From positions 40,922-104,921 of the forward strand of contig JAIELQ010000007.1 in NCBI GenBank assembly GCA_019752815.1: DNA of 64,000 nt, given 5' to 3'. This document shows, one piece after another, positions 47,492 through 57,400 of this stretch (its first letter is position 1; each line of letters begins with the position of its first letter). The translations under genes were made by a program, and so were the position numbers. The stretch is from Patescibacteria group bacterium. GTDB lineage: Bacteria > Patescibacteriota > Minisyncoccia > Phycocordibacterales > UBA918. Below the pieces are notes generated by a model. It saw only the letters and a list, made by a program, of their open reading frames with translations, was not told where the DNA came from and did not search any database.

Positions 47492-47917
47492 ATGATGGAA
47501 TTTACTTTGTATCACAAATTGTTGCGCGTAAGTTCGGTAGTGTTGGCCGTGGCTCTGTTATTTCAGGCCGGGCTCGTTTCTACTACTACGGCTATCATGG
47601 CTTCGCAGACCCAGTCGTACCTCGCTAATGCTGTTGGAGTATTTGTAGGTGTCGAACCAACAGAATTAAATACTATTACTGCGGGACTCACCGAGCAAAA
47701 GTTGGCGCTTGATGCACGAGAGAATGAATTACGTCAGCGGGAAATTGCCGTTGGGATTGACCAAGGTGGAGCCACGCGTGATATGACAACCTTTGTCATG
47801 GGGCTGGTGTTATTCATTGTGGTATTACTTCTTGTTCTCAATTACTCCCTTGATTATTTGCGGTATCGTGAAATGAAAATGAGGCAGGTTGCGGGTCAGA
47901 CAATGGTGCGAGGATAG
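47492..47917 (+). CDS. Small membrane protein with a coiled-coil segment
   Basis: 141 aa; N-terminal and C-terminal TM helices. Confidence 0.4.
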   Translation: MMEFTLYHKLLRVSSVVLAVALLFQAGLVSTTTAIMASQTQSYLANAVGVFVGVEPTELNTITAGLTEQKLALDARENELRQREIAVGIDQGGATRDMTTFVMGLVLFIVVLLLVLNYSLDYLRYREMKMRQVAGQTMVRG

Positions 47918-47982
47918 GCTGGTTTTAATGGCGGGAAAGTGGTTAGTTATGTGCGGATATGGTACCGTACGGCTGTATTAAT

Positions 47983-49509
47983 ATGGATAAGCAAAAAACT
48001 CTACAAAATATTCTAGTGCCTGCCACTCCGGCAGCATTTTTGTGGTTTATTACTAAACCATACATGTGGGGAGCCGCATTTACGGTACTTTTTACTATTG
48101 GATCTGCCGCAATGTCACAATCGCTAACACTATTTTTTAAATGGATTGTGGAAGCAATTGAAGCGCAAGATGTGAATTCTGCGTTGTGGTACGGTCTTAT
48201 GTTTCCAGTAGCGGTTTTTTTAGCACAAGTTTTAATGCGTCTGAGTAGTGTTATAGCGGCAATATATTGGTTTCCTTCCTCACGAAAATTTGCTAATGAC
48301 ACGTTGGTAAGCTATACCTTAAACCATAGTCATACGTACTTCTCAAACCGATTTAGTGGTTCATTGTTAACAAAGGTGAACAATGTTATCGGAGCGGTTG
48401 AGAGTTTGCTACACGATATTGTTTGGTCATATTTAAGTCTGGCTGTTTCACTCCTGCTGTCGTTTTATTTTATATGGACAGTTGACGTCATTGCAGCAAG
48501 TATTTTTGTTGTACTTATATTGTTCATAGTATTGGTAAATAAGATAATGTTACCAAAAAAGCGAATGTTATCTCGACAAACTGCTGCTGCCGGAAGTAAA
48601 ATGCGCGGGGCAATAGTGGATGTATTCGGAAATATGTCAGCTGTTAGACAATATTCTGCTCAAAGTGAAGAACGCAGTCAGTTGGCAAAGCTCAGTAACG
48701 ATTGGACAGTCCTTCAAAGAAAGAACTGGCTCTATACAGACCTTACCCAAGCTATCAATGCTGTTATTCTTTTTATCTGTGCAGGTACGATGTTTTACTG
48801 GTTGGTTTTGCGTTGGGAAGGAAATGAAATTACCTCCGCAGAATTCATTTTTGTACTTGCAATTATTGCTCAATTAACCGGGAATTTAATTTTTATTGGG
48901 AGAATGATGGTAAATGCTGCTCGTGTGGCTGGTGAAATGGAAGAGGGGTTAAAGGAACTTATTGTTCCGTATGAAATTACTGATTCAGAAGCAGCGTCAA
49001 AACTTATTGTGCAAAATGGCAGAATAAACGTACGCGACGTTTCGTTTGAGTATGAAAATAATAAAGTATTTACTGATTTTAATCTCAACATTGAATCAGG
49101 GCAACGGGTGGGTCTGGTCGGCGCTTCGGGGGCGGGGAAGTCGACATTTGTGTCGCTCTTATTACGGCAACATGATGTAACGACGGGGGCCATTATGATT
49201 GATGGGCAAAATATTGCTGAAGTGACCCAGGACTCGTTACGCAATGCCATTGCAGTCGTGCCGCAAGAGCCAGCGTTATTCCACCGTTCAATTCGAGAAA
49301 ATATAGCCTACGGGAAACCAGACGCTACTCAAGAAGAGATAGAAGCGGTGGCGCGTAAGGCCCAGGCACATGATTTTATTGTCACGTTACCTCAAGGGTA
49401 CGATACGTTGGTGGGTGAGCGGGGAGTAAAGTTATCAGGTGGTCAAAAAACAACGAGTAGCAATTGCGCGAGCAATGCTAAAAGATGCTCCGATTCTGGT
49501 ATTGGATGA
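47983..49509 (+). CDS. ABC exporter (MsbA-like fused permease-ATPase), N-terminal 5/6 of a gene split by a frameshift
   Basis: Six-TM permease domain followed by an NBD: Walker [13 protein letters not shown] and signature LSGGQK. The frame then breaks in an A6 run at 49445-49450. Confidence 0.8.
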   Translation: MDKQKTLQNILVPATPAAFLWFITKPYMWGAAFTVLFTIGSAAMSQSLTLFFKWIVEAIEAQDVNSALWYGLMFPVAVFLAQVLMRLSSVIAAIYWFPSSRKFANDTLVSYTLNHSHTYFSNRFSGSLLTKVNNVIGAVESLLHDIVWSYLSLAVSLLLSFYFIWTVDVIAASIFVVLILFIVLVNKIMLPKKRMLSRQTAAAGSKMRGAIVDVFGNMSAVRQYSAQSEERSQLAKLSNDWTVLQRKNWLYTDLTQAINAVILFICAGTMFYWLVLRWEGNEITSAEFIFVLAIIAQLTGNLIFIGRMMVNAARVAGEMEEGLKELIVPYEITDSEAASKLIVQNGRINVRDVSFEYENNKVFTDFNLNIESGQRVGLVGASGAGKSTFVSLLLRQHDVTTGAIMIDGQNIAEVTQDSLRNAIAVVPQEPALFHRSIRENIAYGKPDATQEEIEAVARKAQAHDFIVTLPQGYDTLVGERGVKLSGGQKTTSSNCASNAKRCSDSGIG

Positions 49510-49756
49510 AGCTACTTCAGCGCTTGATAGTGAAAGTGAGGTTGAAATCCAAAAGGCGCTTCATATATTAATGAATGGCAAAACGGTAATTGCAGTAGCT
49601 CATCGCCTGTCGACATTGCGGGAGATGGATCGAATTATTGTGTTGGAAAATGGGAAAATTATCGAAGACGGCACCCACGAGACCTTAAAAGATGCTGGTG
49701 GTACGTATTCCAAGCTATGGAGTCATCAGGCAGGCGGGTTTATCAATGAAAAATGA
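49439..49756 (+). CDS. ABC exporter, C-terminal NBD fragment (Walker B / D-loop / H-loop)
   Basis: [26 protein letters not shown], then AHRLST. This continues the LSGGQK of the upstream ORF in another frame. Confidence 0.75.
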   Translation: MVKKQRVAIARAMLKDAPILVLDEATSALDSESEVEIQKALHILMNGKTVIAVAHRLSTLREMDRIIVLENGKIIEDGTHETLKDAGGTYSKLWSHQAGGFINEK

Positions 49757-49762
49757 GCTACA

Positions 49763-49844
49763 GAGTGAGAAAGTCTGCGAGACTTTCGTAAGAGGTTGCC
49801 AGCTTTTTTTGTAAAAAACGATAACCTGAACCGTTTCTGTAAGA
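49763..49844 (+). repeat. Family-A structured intergenic repeat (copy A2)
   Basis: gtgagaaagtctgcgagactttcgtaagaggttgccagctttttttgtaaaaaacgataacc...gtttctgtaagaag. Confidence 0.7.
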
Positions 49845-49903
49845 AGTAGCGACAATGGCGAATTTTGTTCCGAGTTTACCCCTTCATAGGGTAAACTCCT
49901 GGA
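49845..49903 (+). repeat. M2 hairpin module (copy a), followed by a degenerate partial copy at about 49953-49974
   Basis: tagcgacaatggcgaattttgttccgagtttaccccttcatagggtaaactcctggaac. Confidence 0.7.
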
Positions 49904-50041
49904 ACTTGTACTTGTGCTGATTTTATACCACTTCACCATCTAACTGAACTATTAACGACAATGGTGAATTATGTTCCAAAACTGCATATATATGTACACA
50001 AGAATGAAAAATTGAGGTCAGTACACGGTACAATATAGGTA

Positions 50042-51955
50042 ATGAGCGCTTTTCCGTATGCGTGGTTTCTCAGAGCCAGTCTAGTGTTGGTTGTTATTTT
50101 TTGTGCGATTATGGTAGTGCCTGATTTGTCGTGGGCCCGCAATATCCAGGAGTACAAAAACACGATTTCTAATTCAGGTCCGGAGCAGCCGAGTAACCAC
50201 ACGTTATCGTTTACGTTAACTACAGCAGTTAGCCCTGGTGCCTATATGGAATTCATTCCGCCTGCCGGATTTGAAACATTAAATTCACCTAATTTTAGCG
50301 AACGGAATGTTGAGTTGATTATAAACGGTGTGTCTCGTTCGGCTGGTGCAGTTCAAACTGCTACGGACGATATGGTAGAAATTTTCCCTGGTGCACCAGG
50401 GATGGTACGGTACACATTAAACACCAGTACCGGTATTTCATCGGGGTCTTCAATACAGTTTAAAGTTGGAAATCATACAACTGATGCGGTACCACTCGTG
50501 TTCACGTTTTCGCCAGGTTTTGGAACTTCATCATCCCCGCTTGATATTAAGCCTATAAAAAATAGTGCAGATACTGGTACACATTCAGTTGATTTTAAAA
50601 TCTATGATGGAGGAGTGGTGGCTGATGCTGGTTTTGTAATTGCGATTGTTGATGGCGTGGGTGTGGGGCCGGCAGATACCACTGAGGAAGTACCGCCACA
50701 ACGTTTTAATGGAGCACCGGCAAATTTTGTTGGTGGTACGACCCAGTCAGTTGAAGTTTCTTTAGAGACCGATGAGTTTGCTGTTTGTAAATTTTCTTCT
50801 TCAACCGGTGTTGACTACAGCGCGATGACGAGTACGTTTACCAATACCGGTACGATTTTCCATACGCGAATTGTTCCAGTTAATCCACAAACTACCTACA
50901 GCTTTAATGTGCGCTGTATTGACGATGAAGGAAACTTTAACATTGACGATTATCTTATTGAATTTTTGGTTGGTGCTATTCCAACCGGTACACCAACAAC
51001 GACTGGTTCCACTACCGCTGCCGGATCGGGTTCGGGTACTGGTACCGGCGGTTCTGGTTCAGGGTCGGGTTCTGGTAATACTACAAGTGGATCAAACGGT
51101 TCAGGTGGAACACCAGGTAGTCAAACTGGTAGTGGCGGTACGGGCGGCGGTGGCGGTGGCGGTTCTGGTGGCGGTTCGGGCGGCGGTGGCGGCGGTGGTT
51201 TTGAAAGTACCGATGGCCCGTACCGGAGTGGAGATGGACAGGTAACTATTACCGGATTTACAGCACCCCGCAGTGCAGTAGCTTTTTTGGTTGACGGAAA
51301 AATTGCTAAAACCGCTACTGCTGGTGGTAACGGTGAATATACGGTTGTGCTTGATTTAATAGCGCGCGGTGCGTACACGTTCGGGGTGTATTCAACTGAT
51401 GCTGCCCGAGTTAAAACATCTACGTTTAGTACTTCGTTTACGGTTACCGGTGCTCGGGCATCAAACCTCTCGAACATTATGATACCGCCTTCAATTCTTG
51501 TTAGTCCCGATCCGGCGACACCTGGTTCTCCGATTACTATTTCTGGGTACACACTCCCTAATGCTACGGTCACTCTTGAAAACGAAAAAGACGGTAGTGC
51601 TGCGTCACGAAAAGTATTTACCGGGACCTCTAATGCTAGTGGTGCTTATAGTATTTCTGTTGACAGTAATGGTTTTACAAATGGCACTTACAAGGTACGC
51701 GCAAAAGCTGTGCAGGCGTCGGGGCTACAGACAAACTTTTCCAACTACACACTGTATGGTGTAGGCGAAGCTGCTAACCGAGCATTAAACACTGATCTTA
51801 ATCGAGATGGAAAAGTGAACCTTGTCGACTTTTCGATTTTGCTTTTCTGGTGGGGAACAGCTGGCGGAGATTCAAACCCTCCAGCAGATATTAACAGTGA
51901 TACGAGAGTTAACTTGACGGACTTTTCTATCCTGCTCTTTAACTGGACCGGATAA
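50042..51955 (+). CDS. Secreted multidomain protein with a Gly/Ser/Thr-rich linker, Ig-like repeats and a C-terminal type-I dockerin repeat pair
   Basis: Signal peptide/TM segment. The N-terminal domain is shared with the 44832 protein. The (GSGT)n linker is low-complexity. DLNRDGKVNLVDFSILLF and DINSDTRVNLTDFSILLF are dockerin DxNxDGxVNxxD Ca-binding repeats. Confidence 0.7.
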   Translation: MSAFPYAWFLRASLVLVVIFCAIMVVPDLSWARNIQEYKNTISNSGPEQPSNHTLSFTLTTAVSPGAYMEFIPPAGFETLNSPNFSERNVELIINGVSRSAGAVQTATDDMVEIFPGAPGMVRYTLNTSTGISSGSSIQFKVGNHTTDAVPLVFTFSPGFGTSSSPLDIKPIKNSADTGTHSVDFKIYDGGVVADAGFVIAIVDGVGVGPADTTEEVPPQRFNGAPANFVGGTTQSVEVSLETDEFAVCKFSSSTGVDYSAMTSTFTNTGTIFHTRIVPVNPQTTYSFNVRCIDDEGNFNIDDYLIEFLVGAIPTGTPTTTGSTTAAGSGSGTGTGGSGSGSGSGNTTSGSNGSGGTPGSQTGSGGTGGGGGGGSGGGSGGGGGGGFESTDGPYRSGDGQVTITGFTAPRSAVAFLVDGKIAKTATAGGNGEYTVVLDLIARGAYTFGVYSTDAARVKTSTFSTSFTVTGARASNLSNIMIPPSILVSPDPATPGSPITISGYTLPNATVTLENEKDGSAASRKVFTGTSNASGAYSISVDSNGFTNGTYKVRAKAVQASGLQTNFSNYTLYGVGEAANRALNTDLNRDGKVNLVDFSILLFWWGTAGGDSNPPADINSDTRVNLTDFSILLFNWTG

Positions 51956-51973
51956 AAAATGAGCCACAGAGCG

Positions 51974-52023
51974 TAGCGACAATGGCGAATTTTGTTCCGA
52001 GTTTGCTCCTTTCCTAGAGCAAA
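51974..52023 (+). repeat. M2 hairpin module (copy b) with compensatory stem changes relative to copy a
   Basis: tagcgacaatggcgaattttgttccgagtttgctcctttcctagagcaaactcctggaac. The stem acccc/ggggt of copy a is replaced by gctc/gagc here. Confidence 0.7.
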
Positions 52024-52071
52024 CTCCTGGAACCTGTACTCGTTGAGATGATATCTATTGATGTTTGAATT

Positions 52072-52157
52072 TTTCCTTGACCTTCTTACAGAAGCTGTGC
52101 ACTCATTGGATATTTTTACAAAATCTCTCAATGAGTCTTGCGAAGTGACATCGAGTC
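52072..52157 (-). repeat. Family-A structured intergenic repeat (copy A3, inverted)
   Basis: The reverse complement reads gtgagaagtgactcgatgtcacttcgcaagactcattgagagattttgtaaaaatatccaatgagtgcacagcttctgtaagaagg. Confidence 0.7.
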
Positions 52158-52324
52158 ACTTCTCACCTCGAATAGCACTCGTTTTAGAAACAATTACTAA
52201 CAAATTTAAACTGAGCTAAATATTTAAAACTAAAGAAGCGAAAAGATAAATTTTGTTTAGTTAAGTCTAAAGTTGTGGGTAACAGCAAGGTCATACATAT
52301 ATATGTACTATAATAATTAAAAGT

Positions 52325-52789
52325 ATGTCATTTTTACAACGTCTCAAAGGTCGTGGCGTTAAGTCAGACGAGGCACTACAATCGAGTGAAGAAGAAACGG
52401 CAGTTGATAAAGTTGCCCAGCTCGATGTTGATGTGTTCCAAACTGAACGCACGATTATTATATACGCACAAGCGGCTGGAGCCGATATGAATGACGTGCA
52501 CGTGTCTATTGAGGGCGATGCTGACATTGTGTTAATCGAAGGGCGTCGCATCCGTCCAGAGTTCATTGTCTTCCCGAAGAGTAAACCGCATGGTGCCTAT
52601 TTTACAGAGGAATGTATCTGGGGAGATTTTTATCGTCGCATTATTTTGCCGGAGAGTGTGGAAATTGAAAAAGCTGAAGCTAAAATTAAAAATGGAGTAT
52701 TGATTTTGATTTTACCGTTACTCAAACCAGAAGAGAAAGAAAAAGTTAAATTAAAAATAACTCCCGATCGTAAGCGATCACGATTGTAG
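52325..52789 (+). CDS. Hsp20/alpha-crystallin family small heat-shock protein
   Basis: VDVFQTERTIIIYAQAAG...FYRRIILPESVEIEKAEAKIKNGVLILILP matches the ACD-domain pattern. Confidence 0.8.
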   Translation: MSFLQRLKGRGVKSDEALQSSEEETAVDKVAQLDVDVFQTERTIIIYAQAAGADMNDVHVSIEGDADIVLIEGRRIRPEFIVFPKSKPHGAYFTEECIWGDFYRRIILPESVEIEKAEAKIKNGVLILILPLLKPEEKEKVKLKITPDRKRSRL

Positions 52790-52799
52790 ATGTATCGGT

Positions 52800-54374
52800 A
52801 TGCAGCAAAATCAAATTCGTAAAAATGTTCCTATGTTCTCAATCTCATACAAAGTAATAACAAAATTCCTATTCGCACTTGTGTTTGGTTTTTTTGCGTT
52901 TGCCACACCCTCATTTGCCGCCGATCTTTTGATGTCACCGGCGACTGGTAATTTTTCAGTTGGTCAAACATTTACCGTTAATGTACTCGTGTCACCAGCC
53001 GGTTCAAGTGTAAATGCTGTGGAGGCAGGACTAAAGTTTAACCCTGCAGTTTTGTCGGTAGTGAGTTTTAGCAAGGCCTCAACATTTTCTTTGTGGACGA
53101 CCGAACCAACATTTTCTAATACCGCCGGAACATTTACGTTTGGTGGTGGTAGTCCGGCTCCATTTACTGCTCAGTCAAATATTTTAACGATTACGTTTCG
53201 AACGATTGCTGCCGGGTCAGGATCTCTCACCGTTGCGAACGCTTCTATCTTGGCTGCAGACGGGCGCGGAACAGACGTATATAAAAATGGTTCACCGGGA
53301 ACATATACTGTAGCTGCCGGCACAGTTCCTCCACCACCAACCCCGACACCAACCCCGACACCAACTCCTACTCCGGCCACCCCAACCCCAGCTGCTGATG
53401 AAGACGATGAAGAAGCTATTGTGTTCGGAGATCCACCACGTGCTCCAGAAGTAGGTTCACCATCGTTCTTGGATCCAGAGTTGTGGTATAAAAATACCGA
53501 AGGAGCATTCTCCTGGACACTACCATTTGACGTAAACGTAGTGGCAGTCGAACTTTCAACGAGTTCAGAAAACCAGCCTGACCTTAACAAAGATGCGGTC
53601 TACGATCCACCAATAGATGAGTTCAAAGTAAGTAGAGAGAATCTGATTGATGGTATACAGTACTTGAGTATTAAGTACAAAAATCAGGTAGGTTGGGGAG
53701 CAGTATTAAACCGAAAGATTCAAATCGATACCACTGCACCGGAAGCTTTCGTGATTGATGTTCGCGCTGCTAACTCTACTACTGGCTTCCCGCAATTAAA
53801 CTTCGAAGCCAAAGATGCTACGTCTGGTATTGATTACTATGAAATGACAATTGCCGATAAAGAACCATTCAAAGTTACCCCAGATGAAGCAAAGATTGGA
53901 TACCTACTTAAAGAACTTGAAGATGGAACCTATACCATTAAAGTAGTTGCCTACGACAAAGCTGGTAATTCACGTGAAAGTACCGTAGCAGTACTTATTA
54001 CCGCCGGGTGGATCAAGCCAGCAGAAGTGATTGAAGAAAAGACCCTGTTTGACTTCCTCACAGCAACAAACCTATTTATTCTGTTCCTCCTCACTGTTAT
54101 CGGAATGATGCTTGGATATCTCTGGTACGATCGCAAACAAAATAAAATTAAAGAAGAGAAATTGCGTCGAGAAACAAGAGAGATTCAAGATCAAATGGAA
54201 AAAATCTTCTCTGCCTTGCGCGATGAAATCTATGATCAGATCAACTTGATAACGAAGAGGCCACGTCTATCGCAGAAAGAAAAAGAGGCAGTGGAGGGAC
54301 TCAACCAAGCACTCGAAGTATCAGAGACCTTGATTGAAAAAGAAATCAATGATGTAAAAACAATTTTGAAGTAA
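52800..54374 (+). CDS. Membrane-anchored cohesin-like domain protein: cohesin-like beta-sandwich, PT linker, second beta-sandwich, TM helix, cytoplasmic coiled-coil tail
   Basis: Signal peptide; SPATGNFSVGQTFTVNVLVSPAGSSVNAVEAGLKFNPAVLSVVSF...GSGSLTVANASI (cohesin-like); (PT)n linker; TM LFILFLLTVIGMMLGYLWY; KEEKLRRE coiled coil. Confidence 0.55.
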   Translation: MQQNQIRKNVPMFSISYKVITKFLFALVFGFFAFATPSFAADLLMSPATGNFSVGQTFTVNVLVSPAGSSVNAVEAGLKFNPAVLSVVSFSKASTFSLWTTEPTFSNTAGTFTFGGGSPAPFTAQSNILTITFRTIAAGSGSLTVANASILAADGRGTDVYKNGSPGTYTVAAGTVPPPPTPTPTPTPTPTPATPTPAADEDDEEAIVFGDPPRAPEVGSPSFLDPELWYKNTEGAFSWTLPFDVNVVAVELSTSSENQPDLNKDAVYDPPIDEFKVSRENLIDGIQYLSIKYKNQVGWGAVLNRKIQIDTTAPEAFVIDVRAANSTTGFPQLNFEAKDATSGIDYYEMTIADKEPFKVTPDEAKIGYLLKELEDGTYTIKVVAYDKAGNSRESTVAVLITAGWIKPAEVIEEKTLFDFLTATNLFILFLLTVIGMMLGYLWYDRKQNKIKEEKLRRETREIQDQMEKIFSALRDEIYDQINLITKRPRLSQKEKEAVEGLNQALEVSETLIEKEINDVKTILK

Positions 54375-54406
54375 ATTTGCTCATCAATCCCCAGAGTTTG
54401 ATGATA

Positions 54407-54440
54407 TAACGCCCAGGCTTAACTGCCTGGGCGTTATACT
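54407..54440 (+). terminator. Rho-independent terminator
   Basis: tataacgcccagg-cttaact-gcctgggcgttata. Confidence 0.7.
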
Positions 54441-54482
54441 ATAATGAGCCCCGTTTTCTATGTGCGTGGGTTTTAAAAAGTC

Positions 54483-57400
54483 GTGATACGTCCGTTTAAG
54501 TTACTAAAGAAATCGACCTTTGGAGCACTACTAACAATTACTGTTATTAGTGGTTTTGTCGTGTACGGAGCTTATATTGATCGGACAGTGTACACCACCG
54601 AACAACTAGTCATTATCCCTGGTAAAGTAACGTCAGATTCGTGGCTTGGTTTGGAATCAGTGTTAGTGCAAGATATTTCTGAATACTCTCTCTATCAAGA
54701 CTTTACACAAAAAAATTCAGCCTATATTTCAGAACTAGGATTGTTTTCAGCACAAGAGAGTGAGGATGCTCCAACACCGGATGAGCCAAATGAAGTGTCT
54801 ATTGATGGCGACTCTGCTTCAAGCAGTGACGAAGTTCCAAGTACTGACAGTGAGTCAGGTGGTTCAGAGAATGGTGACAATGAGTCGTCTGAGACTGATG
54901 CACCTACTGCTGAAACATCACAACCAGAACCAGAGTCTGAACCTGAACCACAACCAGAACCATCTTCTGAATCTGAGTCAGTATCATCAATTACAAATCC
55001 AGGAGATCCAGTATGGGGTGTATTTACGAAAACCAATAACCGCTTTTTGTTGGCGCAGGCGATTGTGACTGAAGAAGCTTCTGAACCTGAACCTGCTTCT
55101 TCACCAGAACCTGAACCAGCGGTCGTGACTACAGAAGAGTCAGGTACCGAAGAGACTGCTGTAGTGGACAATGTGCCAGTAGCTGAAGAGACTCTTGAAA
55201 CTGCTGTCACTGAAGAATCAGTGGAGACTACACCGGAAGGTAGTGGGGCAACTAATGAAGGTGAAGAAGCAGAAATTCCTGTCAGCGAATCAATTGAGGG
55301 TCAATCTGAGGCAGAGCCTGCAACAGAAGAAGATACAAGTAACGATTACGTGATGGCACCGTGCGATCCTGCAAGTGGATGTGCAACCCATAGTATGTTG
55401 TTCTCTGATTTCTTGATGCCGGATTTTGACGGTGGTACTGTTCTAGATTCAATTCAACTGCGGTTATCACTGGCCGCACAAACAAAACAAAATCGTGGAG
55501 AAGGGCCACAACGTTTTTTGGTTGAGTACACATACGACACTAGTACAACGTCTACCGACTGGATTACTGCTTCTGTACTAGATATTGATGATGAAATCAG
55601 TAACAGTATTAACGGCGGATATTACCTGCTCTCATTACAGCCGCCAAAAACTGCAGGTGAGATTGCTAACTTACAAATTAAAGTTTCCTATCAAGGGAAT
55701 GTGAGCGATTTGGAAACAGCCTACGTTGAAGGCATGTGGCTCGAAGTTACTTCAGGTAAGTTTTTTGAAGAGGGAGCTGGTGAAGCGTATAGTGATGAAG
55801 TAACCTACGGTCGTGATTTGTTGGCGCCAGAGCTTAACACATTAAACAACGCTGATCTCGATCCAACATTGGGGACGTTGCCACAATTTACACTCTCCTA
55901 TGATCCGCAACAAGGATTCTTTAACCGTATTTTTAGAACACTATTTTCAGAGAACACATTTGTTGTCGAGCGTATCAATTTAACAGATAGTAATGGTGAT
56001 GCTATTGAAGTGCCATTTGGAATTGAGTATCACGACAATGAAACATGGACTATGAAGGCGCAACAAATGCCTCATAAATTACGACCGGGTAAATACCTAG
56101 TGACTGTTGATATTCTAGAAAATGAAGAACGATATACTGATACGTTTGAATTTTACTGGGGGGTATTGGCAGTCAATACCAAGAAAAGTATGTATTTCCC
56201 CAATGAGGAAGTCCAACTCAATCTCGCAGCCTTAACTGACAAGGGCGATACTATTTGTAACGCTAATTTGGAACTTAAGATTATCGATCCCAAAGGAACT
56301 ATTACTGAAGTACCTGTCAATCAGTCAGGTGCATGTGGGCCAAATAACGTCACCGATATCCCAGACTACATTGCTGAATTCTCCAATACTGGAGAATGGG
56401 GTGCATACACTATTCAATTGCAGCATAAAAATGCCTCAGGAGAAGTTGTGCATAAAATTTCTGATAGTTTTGAAGTTCGTGATTACATTCCATATGATAT
56501 TGAGCGCACTGCACCAACACGTATTTATCCACCTGCCCCCTACGATGTAACGCTAAAAGTAAAAGCATATCGTGATTTTACGGGTGATGTTACCGAGCGT
56601 GTCCCGCGTGGGTTTGTAATTGAAGGTCTTGAAGGAGCTTTGGTCAGTACCTTGCCGGAGTACACATTAATTACCTGGCCGGATGTGACAATGATGGAAG
56701 GTGATGAGCGAACCTTCTCATATAATTTTGATGCCCCTGACATCAGTCCGTACATGTATCTCCTGGGGCCACTTGATATGGATGGGTTTAGTGAATTGCG
56801 TCAATGGCAGGTGGCTTCTGATGCGTTAAATAACATCGGCTGGTTTACCGGTACACGCACGGTAGCTAGTTCCAGTTTAAATACCGCTCCGAGCCCAATG
56901 CAGTGGTCAACCAGTTCAATTGATAATTATTACTACACTCACTCTACCTCTTCTGATTCGCAACGAGTGACTTTACGACAAAGTGGTGATTATTTAGTGT
57001 CAGTTAACCTCCCGCAACAGCGAGCCGATATTAATGTTAGTCGCACTCGGGCTGCTATTGAAGTTCGAAAAAACGGTGTTGCCGTTCCGGAAGGTTTAGG
57101 TCGCAGTGGTTACATTACGGGAGGTAACGGCGCAGTGCACTCGGAGTCATCCTCCAACGTTTCGTTTTTGATGACGGGAGTTACCGCTAACGATTATATT
57201 GAGATATTTGTTGAGAATCTCACTACAATTGATGCGGGGGATGTGATTAATGTCAGTGGATTAGCTTCAATGTATATTGAGTATTTGCGACCTACGGAAA
57301 CAGTGTTTGCCGCTACCACTACCAGAACAACAAACTCTACAAATTTTAACCAAGTTACCGCTTTTCCTCTTGAGTGGATTGAAACACGTCAAGATGCTGG

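Noticed and set aside
50980-51200. Repetitive ggt/ggc/agt tract that could be mistaken for a tandem-repeat or CRISPR-like array
   Set aside because: It is in-frame coding sequence for a Gly/Ser/Thr linker of the dockerin protein. It has no repeat-spacer periodicity and no cas genes. The same applies to the (PT)n tract at about 53330-53395.
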